From Armatimonadota bacterium (GTDB lineage Bacteria > Armatimonadota > Hebobacteria > CAIYQO01), in NCBI GenBank assembly GCA_038248345.1, contig JBBRXO010000011.1:1-40911 (forward strand): DNA of 40,911 nucleotides. Direction: 5' to 3'. This document shows positions 19,660 to 28,100 of this stretch, in pieces. The notes below the pieces were generated by a model, which saw only the letters and a list, made by a program, of their open reading frames with translations, was not told the origin of the DNA and made no database searches. A program made the translations under genes and the position numbers. Every line of letters begins with the position of its first letter. The stretch's first letter is position 1.

Positions 19660-22600
19660 TCAATTGGACAGGAACGCTGCACCTTTTGCTGTCTGCCCAT
19701 TTTCGGTCGATGCCGATAAATAACAAATGTACTGGCCATGTGCAACACGATGACCACGATTGTCTAGTCCGTCCCATTGAATGGTGAAATTCCCACCCGT
19801 TACTGCCTGCGCTGGCAGTCGGCGAATTAACGCACCGTTCATGGTTTTAATGTCTACGGTTATGTTGGATGTGTCGGAAATTGTACCACTTAATAATGCG
19901 CCGGTACCCATCTTCACCGCACTGGTAGCGGAGAAGAACAAAGCGCCAGGATTGCCGGGCACGGCGGTTATTTTGATCGTTCGTGCGGTTTCCGTCGCCC
20001 CTAATATCACCTGGTAGGAGGTGGTGCTGCGCATGTAGCGCTCTACCGTACCATCAGTCAATTTCAACAGGTACCCGGCGGGCACTGCAGTCAGGTCTTG
20101 CCAGTCAATGTCTATCTTGCTACCCGGTGTTCCATTAACTTGCAGCGTCCAGTTATAGGTGCTGCCGGGGGCCGGGGCTAGTAGATCGCGGTAAAGCGAA
20201 ATCCCACGTGTTTTCGCCGCCAGGCCAATGCCGGCAGGAGACGTGGGAGGCGCTAGCAGATCAAGTCTAGCATCTACGCCGGATGTGGCGCCGGGGGCAA
20301 CGCCCAATACGACACCTCCGCCACCCAACCCGGTGTTAGCAGTAGCATTAATGCCGAAGCTCCACTCGGTCGCGGAACCTCGCGTCCGTCTGCTTTCCGG
20401 TGCCAATTCTCGCGTGACCGGTTGCGGCTGGTAGGTAATATAGGCGCGGACAAATTGAGTACCGGCGCGCATATTTATCCAGTATCCCTGCCATGGCTGG
20501 AGATTACCATTCGGGTAGATCATCGCCGTATAGGCTTGTTTGTCGATATCCCAGCTATAGAGCACCGGGTCGACATACTTGAGCGTGACGGCATCTCCCA
20601 TTGAATAAGTCTTACCATTCACCATTACCTGCAAGCTGGAATAGGGGATGGCGAAACTATATGGGTTGCCGATCATATTGAAGCCCGTTACGACCGGCAG
20701 GTTATACCTGGTAAGGCTGGAGGTAGAATCGCCGGAAAGTCTTACCGGAACGCTGGCTGGCTGATTTGCCTGCGCGGAGTAAAGCTTGAACCAAAAGGCA
20801 CGTCCGGCTGGCATCACCTGTGTGGCGGTGTTTACATCGGTGGCGGCCCAGGCTGTGCTGTTAAAATCTGCGTTGGCCGGGACAAACTGATTATAGTATT
20901 CGTAGGCAAGGTTGAGGGGATTCCACCAGGCCAGCTTGATATTAGACGGCGAAATGGTGGGGAATACGGCATCAGCATTGCCCACGCCGATAGCTGGCAG
21001 TGAGAGCAGCATGAACTTATCAGCGTTAGTGACGGAGAGGACCTTCTCTTCCACGCGGAATTTGAGCACGGCATTAACCGCGGCACCGGTGATCTGATTT
21101 GTTGCATCGACAATCAGCTGGTGAGACATCCCCGGCACCAGCTCGCCAGGATATATCGTCAGGCTGCCATCGGTGGCATTGTAGATAACTGATGTACTCG
21201 CAACCGAAACACCATCAATGGTCACCTGCAATGAGGATGGGGTAAGCCCGACTGCGCTGGCGCGTAATACCGGTGAGCGGACATAAATGGTGGAATTCGC
21301 CGCCGGGTCGCGGAAATTAATCAACGAGGTTGCCGGATTGTAAGACGACAGGTCAGCAATTACGTCCAGCCCGGCATAGTGGATATTGCCGATGTCTATA
21401 TTGGATGGGCCACTAGAATAAGTTGCCGTTGAGGGAGTGGTATTAGCTCCCAGATGGGTAAAGTTAGTTGTGCCCGGCATGACAATCTTCTCTACTGGAT
21501 AGTATTGATACTTACTACCAGATGCATTGTAGGTCTTAATTGTCAATCCACCCGGAGTGAGGGGATAGATGCGCGGGTGAGTGGCGCTCAATTGCAAATC
21601 GTGAGCGCTGAAAGTCCCGATATTATCGTCCACATGATAGACAATCATACCCGATTCATCGATATATTGATCGTAGCCAATTTTTGACCGATTCTCCAAC
21701 AGGAAGTACTCTTTAGAGTTTTCATCCCCATTCGGGAACATACGATAAATCGCCGCTCCAGTTGCCGTCGCCTGTGGTGAGAGTTTCACTCCGACGAGGC
21801 GCTGGTCGGTTACATTAATGACATTCGCCCAGCCAGCGAGAATTTTATTCCATGCATCCGGATGCGAAGGCTTGCTGGAATATTGAATTTCACCGTCTGT
21901 GTGAGGAATGAGCCACGGATTACCTTCGTCATCGCCAACCCTGGGGAGCATCCAGCCGTCTGCCATCAGCGAATATTTGCCGAGACTAACACCACCTGTG
22001 TAGGTAGTGTCGTAGACATTCTGCATGCCCAGTGCGCCACCTATTGACCAGGCCCAACTCCCCAGTACATCCCACCAGTGCGGAATAAAGACATTGGCGG
22101 AGGCGAACTGCCCGGGATCCTTCTCAAATTTCAGGAAGTCAACCTGCGGGGTTGTCCCATCAAAGACACCCGGATTGGCTGCTTTGATAAAGGAATCGCT
22201 GCTCATGGTCTCGGGAACTTGCACCCAGCCAGCGATATAGGAACCATCCTGCATCGGCACCGCTTGCGCGTAAGGTACCTGAATGAACTGGGTAGTGAGA
22301 TCGCTCGACGTTGCATTCAAGCTGATCTCTAACGCAGACCCAGCGTGGATGATCATTACTACATCGTAATAGCTGTATTGAACACCAGGGGTCAGCTTGG
22401 CAATATCTGTAATCATGCGCGCTGCGCGTGTCCCATCGCCTAGTATAATGCTCTGATCGGCTGCGTAATTCGCAATGGAATCCGGCAACGAAATTTTTGT
22501 GGCCAGATCCGGTGAATTCTGATCAAAGTAACCCACTAGTTTAATGCGTTGGGCGGATACTTCACTATAATACTGTGACAGCGCCGTCAAGCGATCCTTG

Positions 22601-22926
22601 AGATAGCCTGGCTGGACGGCTGGTCCCCAGGTGCGGTACGGCATTTTACCGTTGCCCGAGGTGTTCGGATCGGTGTCGGAGAGGAACTCCACCGGAATGG
22701 CGAGTACCCGAATCGGCCCAGATGTTGTCACCTGGCGCCCGATGACATGTGGCGCCACGCGTGCGTTGCTACCAGCAGTGGCGGGCAACGTGAAACGCGA
22801 CGTCGCCGGCGCGGCCACGGGAGACCACGGGGCCATCGGCAAGGCGTGCGCGGGTAACCCGGACACCAGGAAAGTTGCCCCTACAAAGGCAAGGAGTATG
22901 GTTAACTGTGACGCGAATCTATTCAT
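19660..22926 (-). CDS. M6 (immune inhibitor A)-like metallopeptidase homologue lacking zinc ligands, with shared C-terminal module and FlgD-Ig
   Basis: M6 scaffold motifs IRVLAIPVEF, YYSEVS, IIHAG, YSLMADG (Met-turn), HPDAWNKILAGW, EYFLLENR..GYD, GMIVYHVDD. The HExxHxxGxxD position reads WSIGGALGMQN. C-terminal GFNMIGNPY, QPWQGYW, WDGLDNRG. Confidence 0.85.
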   Translation of the reverse strand: MNRFASQLTILLAFVGATFLVSGLPAHALPMAPWSPVAAPATSRFTLPATAGSNARVAPHVIGRQVTTSGPIRVLAIPVEFLSDTDPNTSGNGKMPYRTWGPAVQPGYLKDRLTALSQYYSEVSAQRIKLVGYFDQNSPDLATKISLPDSIANYAADQSIILGDGTRAARMITDIAKLTPGVQYSYYDVVMIIHAGSALEISLNATSSDLTTQFIQVPYAQAVPMQDGSYIAGWVQVPETMSSDSFIKAANPGVFDGTTPQVDFLKFEKDPGQFASANVFIPHWWDVLGSWAWSIGGALGMQNVYDTTYTGGVSLGKYSLMADGWMLPRVGDDEGNPWLIPHTDGEIQYSSKPSHPDAWNKILAGWANVINVTDQRLVGVKLSPQATATGAAIYRMFPNGDENSKEYFLLENRSKIGYDQYIDESGMIVYHVDDNIGTFSAHDLQLSATHPRIYPLTPGGLTIKTYNASGSKYQYYPVEKIVMPGTTNFTHLGANTTPSTATYSSGPSNIDIGNIHYAGLDVIADLSSYNPATSLINFRDPAANSTIYVRSPVLRASAVGLTPSSLQVTIDGVSVASTSVIYNATDGSLTIYPGELVPGMSHQLIVDATNQITGAAVNAVLKFRVEEKVLSVTNADKFMLLSLPAIGVGNADAVFPTISPSNIKLAWWNPLNLAYEYYNQFVPANADFNSTAWAATDVNTATQVMPAGRAFWFKLYSAQANQPASVPVRLSGDSTSSLTRYNLPVVTGFNMIGNPYSFAIPYSSLQVMVNGKTYSMGDAVTLKYVDPVLYSWDIDKQAYTAMIYPNGNLQPWQGYWINMRAGTQFVRAYITYQPQPVTRELAPESRRTRGSATEWSFGINATANTGLGGGGVVLGVAPGATSGVDARLDLLAPPTSPAGIGLAAKTRGISLYRDLLAPAPGSTYNWTLQVNGTPGSKIDIDWQDLTAVPAGYLLKLTDGTVERYMRSTTSYQVILGATETARTIKITAVPGNPGALFFSATSAVKMGTGALLSGTISDTSNITVDIKTMNGALIRRLPAQAVTGGNFTIQWDGLDNRGHRVAHGQYICYLSASTENGQTAKGAAFLSN

Positions 22927-23014
22927 CCCACATCCTCAATCGCAAACACCTGGCCGATTTCTCGGTCAGGGTTGGCGAAGGTATTACTAATAACTAACGA
23001 CATTCGCGATAAAA

Positions 23015-24985
23015 TCATTTGCTTCGTCGCAATAGAATATTATCGTTCCCTGCCTGCATGATGTATGAGCCGGATGACCCCTTGGGAATTGCCTGTCCAG
23101 CACTGAGCAAGCCCCCCGGGCTACGTATCTGCCGCGGTGTAGCGGAGAGCTGGTGCATATAGGGATCGCAATAAACGTATCCATTCCAATTGGGGTTGTT
23201 GATCGCCTTTGGTAAAGCGAAACCGTCCGCCCGTGACCCGTAGCGCCAGTACAAGTTGCCTGCGCTGGTACCGAAGAAACTGCTCAATTCGGCCTGCGTG
23301 ACAGTCGCTTGCACGTAGTTTGTAGAACGAATGCCGACAAGAGAAAGGATGGTGCTGTTATTGCTGAAGCTACTATCAGTGGATATTTGCAATTTATATG
23401 ATGTAGCCCCAGGAACAATATTGGTACGATAGACGCCATCCAGCGGAACCGAGCCATTGGAAGGTGACTGGAGCGTCGGCGGGGCCAACATGACGCAGCG
23501 TTGCGTGTAATCCGAGCTATTGCTCAGGACTAACTTATAGGTTGGCAGGCCTCCGGACGAAACCGGTATCGAGGTATCGATATTGTATGAGAGTGTGCGA
23601 ATGAAGTAACTGGCGGAATCACCTGGGTTCATCGGCACAAAGCGGGTAGTGACGGCAAAAGAAGAGTTCTGTATCGTCATCATGGGATCGCCGGCGCTGG
23701 TAATAGGATCCGTCAGATTGGTGCTGACCGGAATAACCGGGGCTGAACCAGTGACGGTATCTAACGATACGGTATAGGACGTTGAGCGCATCGGCTTGGT
23801 TGGATCTTCCGCTAATGGGCCACCACGATCTTCAAACCAGGAGATTCCCGGCTGCACCAGCGCAATAGGGGCGTTCGGGTTAGAATCGCGATAGAGCAGA
23901 TGAGCGATTACATTACTACTGGAAGTCGGGCAATTAATCCGTATTTCACCACTGGGCATCTTGGTCGCGTCAGCCACGGGGAAGGCGGTTACCTTGCCTG
24001 AATTCGCCGGGTTGTTCTGATTCAAACCCGAGCTAATCAGATAATAGAGACCTGCAGCACCCAGCACTGGAGGTAAATTCCTACTTAATAATTTCCCAAA
24101 GCCGGCGGCGCCACCACCCTTGCTTACTGGATGATCCAGCGAGAAGATGGGGATAGCTTTATCGCCAATCGCGATTCCATTGTTTCCGCCTTCTACCACA
24201 CGCGCGACAGAAGTGAAAGAATCCGCTGAGACAATCTCAATTGTTCCTGTTACCGTCTCGAAACGCAGGGTGGTAAGGCGCATACCTTCACGCATACCCG
24301 CAACCGAGCCGAGGTTGATAGTGACTGTGCCATTGGAGGGGCTGGCCAGGACATTGGCAACTTGGAAGCGCGTATTGATGATACTGTTGGAGATACTATA
24401 TGCTGTCAGGGACACCGCCTGGCTTACCATCTCGACATTACTGCCGTGATAGTCCTTCCGGGGCGCGCTCTTCTGCACAATACGTCCACCCGCTATCGGG
24501 TTTCGTAATATGCGGCTGATGAGTGAGTAACTCGTCGTCACCTCGGCATAGGTACCTTCGGCGCTCTCATTGATTGTTACTTTCTCAATGTTGCCATTGA
24601 CGCCGTAGTTAGCCTTGAGTTGCGCACATATCACCGATACCGCCGATATGGGAACTGGCGGGTTCAGCATCTGTGCCCCGACGTTCACCATCTCGGATTT
24701 CTTCACCACGTCGTACAGGCGCGTGGCGGTAAGCTCAAACATCAGCTTGTTTGAGAGTTCCTCACCGATCGCCCCAGTAGAGAATTTCGACGAGTTGCCG
24801 AAATCAACTACCACGAGGCGCGGCAGAGTATTCTCATCGCCAGCACCTAATTTCTCATAGGGAGAACCCCCTCCCTGCGCCTGCGCTGGTTGAGAAGTTA
24901 GCGGCATGAGAAATGATACCAGCAAAAATGCACCAATGATGCCGGCCATCGAACGCCCTAAGTGTCTACACATCCATTTATCCAT
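23015..24985 (-). CDS. CsgG-like/FlgT-like domain protein (~656 aa) with internal hydrophobic helix and beta-rich C-terminus
   Basis: Start reassigned to ATG 24985 (SD AAGGAG; MDKWMCRHLGRS...PAQA signal peptide). RLVVVDFGN...LMFELTATRLYDVVKKSEM is CsgG-like. VTINLGSVAGMREGMRL...GTIEIV...SVARVV...IAIGDKA is FlgT C-terminal-like. Hydrophobic segment LPPVLGAAGLYYLISSG. Confidence 0.8.
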   Translation of the reverse strand: MDKWMCRHLGRSMAGIIGAFLLVSFLMPLTSQPAQAQGGGSPYEKLGAGDENTLPRLVVVDFGNSSKFSTGAIGEELSNKLMFELTATRLYDVVKKSEMVNVGAQMLNPPVPISAVSVICAQLKANYGVNGNIEKVTINESAEGTYAEVTTSYSLISRILRNPIAGGRIVQKSAPRKDYHGSNVEMVSQAVSLTAYSISNSIINTRFQVANVLASPSNGTVTINLGSVAGMREGMRLTTLRFETVTGTIEIVSADSFTSVARVVEGGNNGIAIGDKAIPIFSLDHPVSKGGGAAGFGKLLSRNLPPVLGAAGLYYLISSGLNQNNPANSGKVTAFPVADATKMPSGEIRINCPTSSSNVIAHLLYRDSNPNAPIALVQPGISWFEDRGGPLAEDPTKPMRSTSYTVSLDTVTGSAPVIPVSTNLTDPITSAGDPMMTIQNSSFAVTTRFVPMNPGDSASYFIRTLSYNIDTSIPVSSGGLPTYKLVLSNSSDYTQRCVMLAPPTLQSPSNGSVPLDGVYRTNIVPGATSYKLQISTDSSFSNNSTILSLVGIRSTNYVQATVTQAELSSFFGTSAGNLYWRYGSRADGFALPKAINNPNWNGYVYCDPYMHQLSATPRQIRSPGGLLSAGQAIPKGSSGSYIMQAGNDNILLRRSK

Positions 24986-25099
24986 GGTAGCGATTGCTCC
25001 TTTTCTCTTCCCCTCGCGATACGACCACGGTGAGGACGTAGATCTGCAATTGTTCATAAAGAATTTCTTCCTATTCTCAACATACTGAAGGAACCTTAT

Positions 25100-25130
25100 A
25101 TCTGAATTCTACACAGAATTCAGATTTCCT
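25100..25130 (-). promoter_or_regulatory. Internal sigmaH-like promoter overlapping an 11-bp-arm palindrome
   Basis: Minus strand GAAGGAAAT-11 nt-GTAGAAT (AGGA 25130-27, GAAT 25109-06). Palindrome ATCTGAATTCT-acac-AGAATTCAGAT at 25100-25125. Confidence 0.5.
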
Positions 25131-25161
25131 TCTTGATTCCAGAAATATTCTACCTTTATGC

Positions 25162-28100
25162 TCATTTGAGCATAAAGGGGGTCGTCGTGCGAATCACACG
25201 CCCCATATTATCCGTCACTTTCACTTCACAGTTGTAAATACCACGTGGCATCAATCTGCCGTTATCATCCTTGCGATCCCAGATTACTGTGTTGACTCCA
25301 GCATTTGCTGGTACCCCGTTTAGCAGGACTTTACGGAATACCCCCTGGATTAAGGTGACGGTGACGTCAGCCGGTGCCGAGAGACTGTATTTCACTACCA
25401 CACCATTACGTACTAATGACGCCTGAACATTGGTGATAGAAATCCCCGCCGTTCGCGCGCCGACGGTTACCTCGAAGCTACGCACTTCGCCTACCTGCGC
25501 GGCGCGGAAGGAGTAGCCAGCGACGGTATTCATATACTGTTGCTGTCCGGTAACTGTGTCGCGCAGAATTGCCTGCATCCCGCCCGGGAGTTGAACTTGC
25601 AATTCTGGCCAATCAATAGTTATGTCACTGGCGGTGGTATTGGCGGTCACCGTGAACACCCACTTCTTCTCGCCGCCGCTGGCGCTGCGTATATCCGTGG
25701 CATACTGGCCGTTATTGATTCCCCAGTCCTGGTGCGGGAAGGCCAGCACGGCCGGAGCGGAGTCCGGGGCGGGCGGTAGCCGGAAGTCGGTAGTATTATC
25801 GAAACCATCGTGGCCAGCAGAGGATACGCCGAAGTAATGGCAGTTATCCTTCATTCCATTGGCATTTAGGTTCAGTTGGACACGCCACTCACCTGACTGC
25901 GCCACGGAGCGCCTCGTCACGGGATTGATGGTACGCACAGCCGAGCGATTAGAGATGTTCAATACGCACTGATTAGCGGCGAACACCCAGTAACCGGCAT
26001 ATGGCTGCATGATGGTGACTATCTGATAGCTGGAACCATTCCAGCCGTAGACCGCCCCACCGATTAACGCGGGTATAGTGGTCTGGGCGTTCTGGAAGGT
26101 AACTGTCCCGGCTGGTGAAGTTACGCTGCAATCGAAGAGATCAACCGCGAAGGGGAACGGATCCCCTACCAGGTTCCAGCCCGCTTGCAGCGGCAACGTG
26201 AACGGGGCGGTGGTATCCACCGGGGTGCCTTCAGTTTGTACTGTCAACGGGGCGTTCAGTTTCATCCAGTAGGCTTTTGCCGGCTGGAGTAAAAGCGTGC
26301 CCGGCCCGGTATACATCTGATATGTACTGCCGATGTTGTCGTAATTACCGGCAATTTTATTGTACAAGGTGGTGGTATCTGTACCGAGCAACTCGGGGAA
26401 ATCCTGCGTATAGGTACCCGGGAATGAGTAGAGCATGGTGCCAGGACGTAGGGTCAATAACGGATCCAGGCGATATACTTGCCCGGTAATTATCTGCCCC
26501 GGGGCGATAGCCAGTGACTGTATAATTGTCTTGCGCCCGGTGTAACTCAGGCGTATCTGATACGAGCCTGGCTGCAGGGTAAAGTCAATATTCGATAAAG
26601 TACCGCTGCCGCTGAAGGCGCTGGCGGTAGTTTTACTGGTGATCACATTGCCGGAGGCCAGAATTTCCACCGTTACCCCACCGAGTGCACTAGCGGAACT
26701 ACCATCGTATACCTTCAGGAATACTTGCCCGGCACCGGTACCACCATTGACGTTGGCCATGGTGATAGTGATGTTGGCTCCAGTGGCGGGGAGATAACTG
26801 ACTACCTGGGTAGCGCCAGCGAATCCGCTGGCGGTGGTAGTGACGGTATAATCGCCCACCGCCAGCCCGGCAAAGGTAAAGCTGCCGTTCAGGTCACTGG
26901 TGGTAGAGCTGATGAAGGCGCCATTCAATGTCAGCGCGACACCCGCGCCCACGATGCGGATGCCATCGCTGCCGACCACGGTGCCGGAGAGCTGATTGGC
27001 GACTACTACATTACTGCTGAACTGGAGATCAACACGTTTAACTTCGCCCGCGGATACCACCGGGTCAGGCGTGGCAGTTGCGGCAGGGCCGCCCAGTGAA
27101 TCCACCGCGCTAACCGCATATTGGCCGCTATCGAGGTTGGTCAGCTCGTAATGCCCAAGGGCATCGGTAATAACCGGCTTGGGGGTAGAACCGCCACCCA
27201 CCGGCACGGCCGTCACCATGGCATTGGCCACCGGAGCTGTGCCGCGCTTTACGTAGCCCCAGATGGTGCTGGTATTGATGTCGCGATAGATGAAGAAGCT
27301 GGTATCCACCGAGCTGGTAACTTTGCTCCCCACTACGGGGATGTTACTCTTCTCCAGGGTGCCGAAATAGCCCGTGGCAGTGACTTTGGCGCGGTAATGT
27401 GCGCCTGGACGCAGGCCATACACGCGGTAGGTGCCCGATGCATCAGTGCGCGCAGCCGCCACTACACGGACGATATCCGTGGCGGAGGTGGCACCGGGGG
27501 TTACTTGGCTGATTACTACCAGCGCATCTTCCACCGGCTTCAGACTATTCTCCTGAACTACCGTTCCCTTGATGGAGCCATCCATCAGCCAATCCAACGT
27601 GTCCCCTGCCGCTTGCGCTCGTACATGGCTAGAGATGTCTTCATAACCGAAAGACCAGAAGGCGGTGCGCCCGCCGCTACTAGTTAACTCGCGTGTGATG
27701 GCAACGATATCCGTCGCGGTGTTATCATTAGATGCGGCGATGGCCGCTACTGCCCCGCCTGTCGGGCTGATGACGTCCCACGTTCCCACCGGGTTCGTCA
27801 GATTACTGGTAACGTACTGGCTGGGATTCGAGTTGCGCGGCAACTTCGCCGTGCCGATGACCGGCCAGCGTTGCGCGGCGAGCGAATCGCCATACCAGCT
27901 ACTGGAAGGGAAGGCAGATTTTTGCAGCGCAAATGGCTGATAATTCAACGATATCGATGAATTACCTTTCAGATTCGTCATCGCCAGCGTCTGTGACACC
28001 AGCCGGGCACCGATGGTACTGGTGAGGAAACTGTTGGTTTTGGTACCTTCAGCGGTGAGGCTCTGTGCCAGATCTTTGCCGATAACAAAGAGACGACCGC

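Noticed and set aside
24986..25057. 24-codon N-terminal extension of the CsgG-like ORF given in the ORF track
   Set aside because: The SD (AAGGAG) and signal-peptide structure fit ATG 24985; the extension contains the SD itself.
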